A DNA stretch of 64,000 bases from Octopus sinensis. Its lineage: Eukaryota. Below the pieces are notes generated by a model. That model made no database searches and was not told the origin of the DNA. It saw nothing but the letters and a program-made list of their open reading frames with translations. The DNA lies in the NCBI RefSeq assembly GCF_006345805.1, contig NC_042998.1:135656001-135720000 (forward strand). The letters run 5' to 3'. The translations under genes and the position numbers were made by a program. Below, piece after piece: positions 12,406 through 24,012 of the stretch. Position 1 is the stretch's first letter, and each line of letters begins with the position of its first letter.

Positions 12406-13185
12406 AAATCTTTTTCTTTTGAACGGCAGACAATTTCTAGTTAACTAAACACTTTAAAACTTCGTATACTGGTAGAATGTGTCAAAATAAAACATTTTTT
12501 TCTCTTGGCTTTCTTGAGAAAATTGTAATTTGTTTGTTTAACGTAATTTAATTTTTCGAATTTTAACCAATCCTACGCTCTCTTTTGAGCTAAAATCATT
12601 TACTGCGTCTAAAACTGAGACAACATCCTGTCACTAACCCTCAACCTAACCCTAAATTTTTTTTTTCTTAATTGTTAAATTAATTTAATTGTTACGCGTG
12701 TAAAAAAAAAAAAACGAAAGCAATGGAAAATAATTTAAACAATTAACAAACAAAATAATTCTATAATTTTATACACACGCTTTCCGTATATGTATGGAAA
12801 GCGTGTGTATAGAATTATTTTGTTTGTTAATTGTTTAAATTATTTTCCATTGCTTTCGTTTTTTTTTTTTTACACGCGTAACAATTAAATTAATTTAACA
12901 ATTAAGAAAAAAAAAAAAGTTAGGGTTAGGTTGAGGGTTAGTGACAGGATGTTGTCTCAGTTTTAGACGCAGCAAATGATTTTAGTTCAATGGAAGTAAT
13001 TGATTGGTTAAAATTGCCGAAATGCTCGGATTTTCAGACGAAATATCTTACAAACTATAGAATTTTCTCAATAAAACCAAGAGAAAATGATGTTTTATAA
13101 ACAGATTCTACCAGTATACAAAGTTTAAAACTTTTTAGTTACCTAGAAATTATGTTACAAACTGCCGTTCAAAAGGAAAAGATCC
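12406..13185. mobile_element. 780-bp fold-back/MITE-type DNA element (whole element palindromic) with 8-bp TSD
   Basis: Termini atctttttcttttgaacggcag / ctgccgttcaaaaggaaaagat; TSD cacaagcc at 12398-12405 and 13186-13193; centre near 12790. Confidence 0.85.
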
Positions 13186-13283
13186 CACAAGCCTTTGTAA
13201 GAATCTGGTAAACTGTACATTAACATTTAGGATGTTTTTATTGTAAGCTTTGTGTTGTTTTAAAATGTTTTCCCTTTATTTAG

Positions 13284-13436
13284 GCACACGATAAACTTGA
13301 AGAAACTCCTATAGAAGCAGAGAACAATAAATCATTGAATCTTCAAGTTGAAGCATTAAAAATATTATCTGAACATTCCTCAACAAATGAAAATGCTGCA
13401 GAATTGTGGGATATTTTGAAGGATAATCACGTACAG
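13284..13436 (+). CDS. MPP6: MPP6-like exon 3, L27 domains
   Basis: tttag|..|gtag; AHDKLEETPIEAENNKSLNLQVEALKILSEHSSTNENAAELWDILKDNHVQ. Confidence 0.92.
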
Positions 13437-13999
13437 GTAGTTATAAGTTATTTCTCTTCAATTACCACCCTTCCCCTTTGTTGCCTACCTCCCTCCTTTT
13501 ACTCCCCATCTCTAGCTCCTTCATACTCTCTTGCTGCATCTGCCCACCCATCCACCCACACTCTTGTGCCTTTGTCCCACTCACTTCTTCCCATCTCATA
13601 TCTTGAGTCCTCCTTGACACATAATCACCACTATTTTTATCTCTCCTTCACCCTCTCTTTCCTCCTCTCTCTAGCTCCACCCAATCACTCCCACCTCTTC
13701 TAAAATGTGAGTAGTCATGCCTATATTTGTTTCTGCTTGTATTTCTCTGGCTTCTGGTTCTCCTACATGTTTTGGCTGGTAACAATGGGCAATCAGATAA
13801 CTTGTCATTTGCTACTTCATATTCCAAGAAATTAGTTCTTAATTATCATGTTACTTTCACAAATTACCCCCACCAACTACCACCTCACCTATACATCTGA
13901 TCAGCCAGAACCCATATTTCATTTGGGTCCCTTCAAACTTTTACTCACAATAATTTTCCCCCTTCTCAGTGTAGCTTTCTACCTTACCGAATCTCTTAC

Positions 14000-15130
14000 T
14001 AAATTTTTATACTAACTCTGTAATAATAATGAAAATAATAATGGCTGACCCTCAGCTTACTCAAAAAACGAAGAGGCAAGCTGAGCATAGCGATTTAGAA
14101 ATATCTCAATTTTTAAAAGTTTTCAGATCTTTCATCTACAAAGTTTATAAGGAGCTAGAGACTGAAGATGGAAATGTATCACCAGTATCAAAGAATAAAG
14201 GGCATTCTAAATGCTCTGAAATCATCAGAACACCTGAATTTATCCATCAAGTTCAACAGAACATTGATTACAATCCCAGAAAGTCCATGAGGTCAATTGC
14301 AAACGATCTCCATGTGTCAGAAGGAACAATCAAAACTGTTGTCTATGAAGACATCAGATATGTCATATATGATGAGGAAAGGTCAGTTTGTCAGAAAAAG
14401 CGAATGAAAATCACTACATCAGATCTAAAAGGCTCTTAAACTGAAAAACCCAGCAGAAGATGATTTGATTTGGTTTTTCTCAAACGAAAAAAACTTCGAC
14501 CAAGATCAAAAAGTTAACAGTAGAAATGACAGATGGTTATGTGCAGACCCTTCTGAAGTTCCAAGTGCATGCAAACTTTTCTGCAACTGTCATGGTTTTA
14601 GGGGTTGTCAGCAATAAAGGACATGTGATGCCTCCTTACTTCTTTCCACAAGGCCTTAGAGTTAACTCTGTCGTCTACATTGAGGCCCTGGAAACAATTG
14701 TTAAACCTTGGATATACAGTGTATGCAATGGAAGGCCATATGTGTTTCAGTAAAACTTTACACTCACACATGGCTCTAGTAACACAGGAATGGATAGCTG
14801 AAAATTTTCATGATCACATAACCTCTAACATTTGGCCTCTTAATTCCCCAAATTTCAATCCAACCATAGAAATAATTGGAATGTTGTTGAGAGAGAGGTC
14901 AATGAATACATCTGTAACACCAAAGATTATTTGAAAGCTGTCATAGTCAGAATAAAGTCCAAAATGTAGGATTTAGATCTCATATAGAAGCAGTTGTTGA
15001 AGCTGAAGGTGACTTTATTGAATAACATTATAGAAACGGTTTATTTTTATCCTCATAGCATTTTTTGATCAAGTTATTTGTTATGTATCTGTTTTTTTAT
15101 AAACATAAATCTGCCCTCAAGTATCTTATG

Positions 15131-15137
<7 letters not shown>
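14000..15137 (+). mobile_element. Decayed Tc1/mariner (IS630-like) transposon
   Basis: HTH NPRKSMRSIANDLHVSEGTIK, WFFSNEKNF, VMVLGVVSNKG, WPLNSPNFNP; multiple frameshifts; right end ...tgtacccta-TA. Confidence 0.85.
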
Positions 15138-15178
<41 letters not shown>

Positions 15179-15399
15179 TGATTGCCCAACAACACTTGGA
15201 TGCTCAGCTAGTATGTGTGTGTGTGTATATATATGTGTATATATATGTGTGTGTGTGTGTATATATATGTATATATGTGTGTGTGTGTGTGTGTATATAT
15301 ATGTGTATATATATGTGTGTGTGTGTGTATGTGTGTGTGTGTGTATATATATATGTATATGTGTGTGTGTGTGTATATATGTGTGTGTGTGTGTATATA

Positions 15400-15432
<33 letters not shown>

Positions 15433-15561
15433 ATATATGTGTGTGTGTGTATATGTGTGTGTATATATGTATGTGTGTGTGTGTGTATATGTGTATATAT
15501 GTGTGTGTGTGTATATGTGTATATATGTGTGTGTATATGTGTATATATATGTATATATGTG

Positions 15562-15592
<31 letters not shown>

Positions 15593-15601
15593 GTATATGT
15601 G

Positions 15602-15632
<31 letters not shown>

Positions 15633-15702
15633 GTATATATGTGTGTGTGTGTATATGTGTATATATGTATATATGTGTGTGTGGTGTATATGTGTATATA
15701 TA
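15136..15702. repeat. Compound (AT)n/(GT)n microsatellite
   Basis: Directly visible. Confidence 0.95.
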
Positions 15703-16008
15703 TCTATATATATAAACGGCAGTTTGTCTGGCGTGTTTCTGTGTGTCTGTTGTGTGTACCTCACCTGACCATAGCTTTCAACGATTCTGATGAAACTTGA
15801 CACACACATAGCCCAATGTATAATTCAAAACTAACGCAGCGAAAATTTTGAAAAGTTCCCCAGTTCTGAAAAAATCGATAAATTCGACATGGGGTGTGAA
15901 TCAGAAACACAAACGGATAATTTACCATATTTTTTCCATTTTTTTGTATAACTCTCTAAAATGCTTTATAGTTATTTGTACAATGAGCAACGCCGGGCGA
16001 TATGCTAG
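15703..16008 (+). mobile_element. Non-autonomous Helitron-like element
   Basis: Starts TC(tatatatataaa), ends with GC-rich gcaacgccgggcga followed by CTAG, and sits between A and T. Confidence 0.7.
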
Positions 16009-16010
16009 TA

Positions 16011-16702
16011 GTATATATGTGTGTGTGTGTATATGTATATATATGTGTGTGTGTATATATATATGTATATGTGTGTGTGTGTATATATATATATGTATAT
16101 GTGTGTGTATATATATATATGTGTATATGTGTGTGTATATATATATATGTGTATATGTATATGTGTGTGTGTGTATATATATGTATATGTGTGTGTGTGT
16201 ATATATATGTATATGTGTGTGTGTGTATATATATGTATATGTGTGTGTGTGTATATATATGTATATGTGTGTGTGTGTATATATATGTATATGTGTGTGT
16301 GTGTATATATGTATATGTGTGTGTGTGTAATATATTATATGTGTGTGTGTATATATATGTATATGTGTGTGTGTGTATATATATATATGTGTGTATGTAT
16401 ATATGTATATATGTGTGTGTGTATATATGTATATATGTGTATGTGTATATATATATGTATATATGTGTATGGTATATATATATGTAATATGTGTATGTGG
16501 TATATATATGTATATATGTGTATGTGTATATATATATGTATATATGTGTATGTGTATATATATATGTATATATGTGTATGTGTATATATATATGTATATA
16601 TGTGTATGTGTATATATATATGTATATATGTGTATGTGTATATATATATGTATATATGTGTATGTGTATATATATGTGTGTGTGTATATATATCTATATA
16701 TA
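16011..16702. repeat. Compound (AT)n/(GT)n microsatellite with higher-order units
   Basis: Directly visible. Confidence 0.95.
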
Positions 16703-16724
16703 GTTTATATTCGTATAAAAGAAG

Positions 16725-17507
16725 AAAAAGAAAATGGAAATTAGGAGGTTAATAATTGTTTATTATTAACAACAAATGAATCATCATATCTTACAGCTGT
16801 TTCAGTTAATACTCAGTGAATCTAATTAAAAATATTAAATTTATATGACCTGAGCATGTCTTCAGAGGGAAAAATATATACCTTTGGGTATTTTGTGTGT
16901 TTATGAATTCATTATAGCAGACCGAATGACATTGTTTATGATTTGTTATATGTTTGGGCAAAGGGTTTGCAGGTTGATGAGATAGAGTAGGTCAATAGAA
17001 TTAGAAAAATAAATGAATAAATTAGATAAAGATAATAGAGGAAATCTAAATATAAATAAGGTAAGTTTATAGTTAATAAAAGAATAGAATGTTCATTTAT
17101 AAGGTATAAATATTAACTTTATTTATACCTAATAAACAAACATTACATTCTTTTATTAACTATAAACTTACCTTATTTAAATTTCCTCTATCATCTCTAT
17201 TTAATTTATTCATTTATTTTTCTAATTCTATTTACCTGCTCTCTCATCTCTAATCAACCTGCAAACCCCTCACTCAAACATATAATAGTACACATCATAA
17301 TATCATTCAGTCTGTTATAAGGAATCCATAAATACACATAAAACAGCCAAGGGTCTATATTTTCCATCTGAAGATATTATGCTCTGGTGATATAAATTTA
17401 ATAATTACTCAATATTTACTGAATATTAATTGAAACAGCTGTAAGGGATGATGATTAATTTTCTGTTAATAATAAACAATTAACTTCCCAATCTCCATTT
17501 TCTTTTT
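16725..17507. repeat. ~780-bp imperfect palindrome made of inverted Penelope pLTR-like arms
   Basis: Centre near 17115; taaggtaagtttatagttaataaaagaat pairs with attcttttattaactataaacttacctta; both arms carry CTGAAGA...GAAACAGCTGTA. Confidence 0.85.
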
Positions 17508-17539
17508 TGCTTATGTGTTTGCGTGTGTGTGTGTGTGCA

Positions 17540-17843
17540 TGCAATAATTGTAACAATAGAGAATATGGAGACTGGTACATCCTCAAAATTTATTTCCTTT
17601 TATTTTACAATATCGTACAGCATATGTTTATGGTTATGATGACCTACATGTGTTTCTGTATGAGCAGTTGCATATGTAACCAGGCATAATGTTCTGTGCA
17701 ACTAATATACAACTGCTCATACTCTGTGCAGCAGAAATGCATGTAGGTCATCATAACCATAAAAATATGCTGTATAACATCGTAAAATAAAAGGAAATTT
17801 TGAGGATGTACCAATCTCAATATTCTCTATTATAATTATTGCA
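17540..17843. repeat. ~300-bp imperfect palindrome
   Basis: ttatggttatgatgacctacatg pairs with catgtaggtcatcataaccataa, and ggtacatcctcaaaattt with aaattttgaggatgtacc; centre near 17690. Confidence 0.85.
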
Positions 17844-18725
17844 AGTATACACTCCAGATAATATTTCCACCCAGTGAAGTGGACATGGAATTACCCATCA
17901 GAGGAATTTATAGTGTGAGTGACAATTCCTAGTAGTCATTGACTTTAAATACTAATCAACATGGTTAGCTGTAATCTGGAGCATAACAGAGCTACCATGA
18001 TATAGCCTAGATAATTTATCCCTCTAAACACACACACTGGTTGAGCATCCTGTTGTTGCTGGGAAATTTTCACAATAGAATGTGTTGGTGGACTTTTGGA
18101 ATAGCACACTCACATAAATTAGATATTCTCTGTTTTGATGGGGATTTTTTCACCACACCCTTGCAAATGATGGGGTGGGGAATCTTTTTATAAAAAAAAT
18201 TTTTGAAAATTTGATTCATAAATTTTCCAGAGTGATTTTGTCCAATTTTTTTTGCCCTACAGTAATCCCTCGCCATATTGCAGTTTATTAAGCTTACGTT
18301 GATTCCTCTGTGGTGTTTTGCATGTATAATAGAATAAATATATACAAATTATAAAGATAAAAAAATATATATATAGTACAGTACTTCATGGATTTTCACC
18401 TATCATGGGGATTTTGGAATGTAACATCCGCAATAGTCGAGTGATTACTATATACACTTAAAAATGATGGGAGACGCCTTTTGGTAAAAGAAAAATTTTT
18501 GGAAAATGTATTTTTTTTCAAATCCTCCCTTTCCCCATTCCTTCTTCATCGTCATCATCATCAACTGCAACACTGGTTTCCTGCCAGAAATGGTGGGCAA
18601 ATCCAGCAATGACTGAATGGGACAGTATAGCTTCTTCCATTTCTGATGATTGTTGATTTGCAGCCCCATTTCTGGCATGAAATGATTTGGTAATTTGGCT
18701 GATATAAGACTTTAATATAGTGTGT

Positions 18726-18727
<2 letters not shown>

Positions 18728-18775
<48 letters not shown>

Positions 18776-18797
18776 ACACACTCTCTCTCTCTCTCTC
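18728..18797. repeat. (CA)n(CT)n microsatellite
   Basis: Directly visible. Confidence 0.9.
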
Positions 18798-19266
18798 TTT
18801 TGTCTGGTTAAGATTTGTAAGTATTTCAACCAATTTTATGTTAAGTTGCATGTACAATTAATAACTTGTTACATTAATGCAAAAAGAGATGGGGGTTATA
18901 TTAATGTTCCTTGGGTAAGTGTTTTTGTCCTTCATCAGAGTTATCAGGTGTATCTCTGTATCAGAATATCAGTTACAGTTAGGTTAGATTTTTACCCCTT
19001 TCACCTGTAGTAATTTTAATCAACCCAACAGTATTTCATTAATATAGTTATACTATCTTGTGTTCTTTCACTAACAACACTAATAATACTGTTAAAATAA
19101 AGAAATATATTAGAATATATTGAGAACTATATATATCAGAAACTGTAATAAATAATTCCTTGTTCAAAACGGAGTAAAAGAAAAAAAGAAATGACTCTCT
19201 CCAAACATGTAGATATTGAACAATTATCATTGGACATCTTGTCATGATTTATTTCCATCTCTGCAG

Positions 19267-19416
19267 TCACTGTTACTTGCTCACGACGAAATATCGAAAA
19301 AGAATTTTGATGAAGTCAACACCTTCCAGCTTGATTCACCTCCTCCTCCAGTATTTTCCTTAGTTGAAGGTTCCATTCGGTTAGTAAGAATAAGGAAGAA
19401 CAAGAACGAACCGCTG
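19267..19416 (+). CDS. MPP6: MPP6-like exon 4, end of L27 and start of PDZ
   Basis: ctgcag|..|gtaagt; SLLLAHDEISKKNFDE...SIRLVRIRKNKNEPL. Confidence 0.95.
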
Positions 19417-20562
19417 GTAAGTTTTTAATATATTTATTTAATTACTATGTTTAATAGCATATATAATACACTTTTTTTTTAATTTGTCATCATCATAATC
19501 TGTTTTCCATGCTGGCATGGGTTGGATGGTTTGACAGGAGCTGACCAACTGAAGTGCCCAGGCTCCACGTCTGTTTTGACAGGATTTCTATGGATGGATT
19601 CCCTTCCTAATGCTAACCATTTTACAGAGTGTACTGGGTGCTTTTATGCAGCACCAGCACGGGTGTGTTTATGTGTCACTGGTACCAGTGCTTATTACAT
19701 AGCACCAGTGAGGGATGCTGGTGCAAGAGCGACCATGCTTTTACTTAGTTTGGCGAGTCTTCTCAAGCACACAAAAACATTACCCCAGGTCCTATATGCG
19801 AAAGATGTGCATCCCATAAACTTTAATGCACTAAAAACTTTTTCCTGAATATATTCTGCTGCAATAGAGGCGTGTCTAATATGCCTATGCATCTTTTATG
19901 CCATCAAATGTAATAATTTTCTATTGAAGGTGTGGTACAAGTGGGCTGAGAGATTGGCTAGGAATCAAAACCATCATTAGAAGATAGATGACTTCACTCT
20001 TATGAACAAATGATGTGAACAGTCAATGACAGCTGGTGGGAAAGGAACAATGTTATCTGCTGACAGTAGTAGGGGAAGGCATGAGAAGTGGTATGGTTTC
20101 ACTAACAAGATTGTGTAAGATTAAGATAAGGAGTAATTTATCAAATAGCAGATCTGTCCAACCCATTTTAACATGGAAAGACAGATATTAAAGTATAAAA
20201 TCTGGTGAGAATTGACACTTAAAATTTTCAGGTTAATTTGAAAATGCATCTGCTTCTTTGAACCAAGCCAACTAATTTGTCTTGAAGTGGAAATGGTACA
20301 TATTTTCTTGACAGTTTCAGAGAGGATAATTGATAGCCTTAGCTAAAGGAGAAATACCTAGGGTGATGTGATGTAAAATGAATTATTGAATCCTAATTAA
20401 CTGTTGCAATTATTTTTCATTACTGTGTAAATTAATAATTGTATATTGTATTAATTTATCTTGTTCAGGAGTTCTTTACCTGGAATATGAGGTAGCATTT
20501 TTGGGTGTGACAAATAGGGAAATATATATTCTTTATTAAAATAGCTTTATTCTTCTAAGCAC

Positions 20563-20810
20563 TATCATCATCATCGTCGTTTAACGTCCGTTCTCCATGC
20601 TAGCATGGGTTGGACGGTTCGACCGGGGATCTAGGAAGCCAGAAGGCTGCACCAGACTCCAGTCTTATCTGGCAATGTTTCTACAGCTGGATGCCCTTCC
20701 TAACGCCAACCACTCTGTAAGTGTAGTGGGTGCTTTTTACGTGCCACCTGCACAGGTGCCAGGCGAGGCTGGCAACGGCCACGGTCGGATTGGTGTATTT
20801 TACGTGCTAT
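20563..20810 (-). mobile_element. SINE / RTE-related 3' end with (CAT)n tail; family also at ~11905, 19490, 28025, 38005, 40875 and inverted at ~37730-37935 and 61190-61415
   Basis: Shared core catcatcgtttaacgtcc..ccatgct.gcatgggttggacggtt..ctacagctggatgcccttcctaacgccaaccac. Confidence 0.7.
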
Positions 20811-22016
20811 GTACATAGATTTAACTCTTAACCCTTTTGATACCATATTTTTTAAAAAATACACTGCATTTCTTTTTAATTTTGGAGATAATGAAGAATT
20901 TAGTAAAATAACCATGCCATTATTAAGCTGGTGGCTTGTTGAATTTAAATCGCTTTAGATGAGAAAGTTTGTATGATTGAATCAGGGTTGGTCCCAGGTG
21001 AGTTTTTATAAAATGTGTAAAAGAGATAATGACCAAAAATTATCCTCATTTTATTTGCAGTGACATATTTGTGTAAATCTAGATTTCAGTCTCTTTTATC
21101 AATCAACACAAAATTTGGGAACCTCTTCAGTCCACAGTCAGACCTGCAGATTGCAGTCAGTAAGAAAGTTCCAGATTTTGAAGTCATGAATGAGAGGTAG
21201 CAACAAAGAAGTCATTTAGTTTTATGTTCACAACTGTTTAAAGTTTCTTTTCTAATTTCTTAATTTGTATTTGTATTTTATGCACTGAATCAAAAGTTTA
21301 TTTTTGAGTTCAATCTGATCACCCACAGAACTGTTTGGGGTTCAATTTGATCACCCAATATACTGTATGGAGTTCAATTTGAAAAATGTATTAAGTAGTT
21401 ATTAGAAAATTAAATTTTCATAATCCTTATCATATATGATATTACTTTTGCTAGGAAAATGTTAGGAACCACAAATTTAGCTGGAGAATAGGTATTGGAC
21501 ATTTTATTTCTGAGAAAAACAGTGTTACTTGCTTCAGTTTATCTTTCCAGGAATAGGTAGGAGATTTATAGGTTTTATTCAGTGTGATATTTGTATCATC
21601 TTCATTTAACACTACACAAACTGGTGCTAAATGGCAGTACTTAGGAATTACTGGGTGTGAAATGAATTAACAAACTTCCCCCAAAGACAACAGAACAGTA
21701 ATAATTGCACAAGTTTGCTATTCAGCTACAAACACTTTTAATCTTAGTTTGAACTTGTTAATGTTTAGTCCAAATAAGCTTTGTAGATACATCTGCACAA
21801 AAGCTAGGTTATTTCAGTGTATCTCAGTGCAGTGATTGTCAATGAAATCTATGAAGATATACTACTGTTGTTATCTTAAATATAAAATGGAGCTAAGAAG
21901 GAACTTAAAAAACTGCATTTGTCTCTCTCTCTTTCTCAATATATGCACTTATAACAGCATTAGAATGAAATAATGATGTATATAACGTCTGTAATGTACA
22001 TGCGCATACACACCAA

Positions 22017-22199
22017 CACTAGCTGTAGTATTTCATATCAGAGAAACTTCTCAAAGAGACTTGTGTATTAAAAAACAGAGCTTGCTCAGGACGTTGTCAG
22101 ATTAACATCAATCTTTTGACTACATTCAGAACCAAGGTCTGTGTCTTTTAACATGCAGTTCTCTTTGAGAAGTGTCTCTGAAACATATTACAGCTAGTG
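22017..22199. repeat. Imperfect inverted repeat (MITE-like)
   Basis: cactagctgta..cagagaaacttctcaaagaga pairs with tctctttgagaagtgtctctga..tacagctagtg. Confidence 0.75.
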
Positions 22200-22355
22200 C
22201 CATTTAACATTTGTATATACATTGTTGTACACAATGTTATTTTAACACACACATACTTCTTCATAACTAAGCTTACATATATAAAAGTACTCAGTACTTC
22301 AATAAGTAGCGTGTAGTGTTAGATTTGTTGAAACCAAATAAAGAATGTATTTCTC

Positions 22356-22401
<46 letters not shown>

Positions 22402-22610
22402 GCACAAGTATTTAAACAAATTTCTTGATACCATCAAAATATCTAAAAGTTATTTATATGATTATGTATATATTTAGTTTGTACTTTTCCCTTCTCTATA
22501 GATATTTTAATATCCTTGTTTCAATCACACACAACTCTGTGTATCATAAAGTACATTCTGAATAAAAAAGGTCTGTAAAATAGCTGTCATTCCAACCTGT
22601 TCTTCTGTAG

Positions 22611-22689
22611 GGTATCATCGTGAAACTTGATGAGAATAATGAACTTGTTGTATCCAGGATTATGAATGGCAGCTTAATTGCTAAACAAG
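22611..22689 (+). CDS. MPP6: MPP6-like exon 5, PDZ
   Basis: ctgtag|..|gtaagt; GIIVKLDENNELVVSRIMNGSLIAKQ-G. Confidence 0.95.
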
Positions 22690-23544
22690 GTAAGTTACTA
22701 TATTTTTGGCATGTAAACATTTTTTTCCATAAAACCATTATTTAGCTGATGTTTCTATATTCTTGTTAAATGTGTTACTTTTTGGTAATATTTTCATAAA
22801 TATCACCTAGACTGAAAATTCTAAATTGGTTTATTTCTTGACAGATTTTGTAATTTATCTTTCAAAAATAAATTTGAAAGTTACACTTATGAACCTCAAT
22901 TCTGTTTGCTGATAACATCTACCTAAAATAAATGGTTAGCATATCAGGATTCCAATCTATTTCTTCTTCATGGCTTTTGAGATGGGAGTGCTATATATAT
23001 ATAATATTACATTTATCTTTCTAGTTTCTATATCATTTCTTTATGATAGTGTTGATTAAGTTATCTTATGTTAAACTCTGAAGCTGAAATAACTTCATAA
23101 ACTAGCACATATTTCATTATTTTTTTCTCTCTCTTTCCATAAGTGTCCTGCCCATAATGTCAGACCTCATCTCTCTTCCCTCACAGCACAACCTATCTAT
23201 TTCCTGAATTTTATTAATAAGTTGACTACTTTATTTTGCTTTCAGTTTTTTGGGGGGTTTTTTTCATGAAAGTTTCTGCATCCTGATCTGTTTTTTTTCT
23301 CCACAGATAAGATATAGAAATCATTCTTGCTTCTCAAAAATCCAATCCCTTCTGCAAAGTATTACAAATATCAATTTATTGACCCAACACCCACCCCACT
23401 TGTCTTCTATTCTGACAGTGAGACCAGACCAGTGCAGTTTGACTATGTGGGGAAATGTAGATGCAGAGTATACTTGTGCAGTTACAACTTGTATCTAAGA
23501 TCTTTACCAACCAAAACAATGTGGCCCGTAGTGCAATTCCAGTA

Positions 23545-24004
23545 GAATCAGTTGAGCTTTTTGACATGCTTGCTATAAACAGTTCACATCTTATTGGTTT
23601 ACAGCAAATTTGACAGAATAGTGGCTCTATAGACTTTCAACTTGGTATGGTGGCTGAGATCCTTCTTCATGCAGATGTTCATATAAAGTTTACTGAAGTT
23701 GACTCTACCGTTCAGTCTGTTACTGGTCTCATCATAGATGTGGGTGATTCTCAAGATAGTGCTGACATAAACTTGTCAAGAATCAGTTTGATCATTGACC
23801 AAGATTACAGATGTCACGTAATCCTTATGGTGAACTGGTTGGTACGTCTTTGATCTTTTGTGTGCTAATAATGCCAAGCTCATTGCAGGTAGGAAATCTA
23901 TTCATGCATAGTTGCATCTCATAGAGACTCCCTTGGTGGTTTGAGCTCATTCTTGTTTAAAGGTTTTGTGTCTCAACAGCTCACTTCACTTTCATCTCAG
24001 CTCT
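23545..24004 (-). mobile_element. Decayed RTE-clade LINE RT fragment
   Basis: The minus strand gives KKDLSHHTKLKVYRATILSNLL..TVYSKHVKKLN, matching the RTE/BovB-type motif TKLKVY..VLPTLLY..TVY.RH.KKLN. Confidence 0.75.
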
Positions 24005-24012
24005 TCTATAAT

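Noticed and set aside
12635-12940. Telomere or interstitial telomeric array
   Set aside because: Only 2-3 imperfect ccctaa/ttaggg units inside a transposon arm.
15078-16752. Long ORFs rich in C/V/Y/I/M or H/T
   Set aside because: Translations of the (GT)/(AT) microsatellite, which rarely contains stops.
21305-21382. CRISPR-like repeat
   Set aside because: Eukaryotic context, tandem units without unique spacers, and no cas genes.
23647-23853. 68-aa plus-strand ORF as an extra MAGUK exon
   Set aside because: Antisense of an RTE RT fragment; the PDZ exons already join in frame without it.
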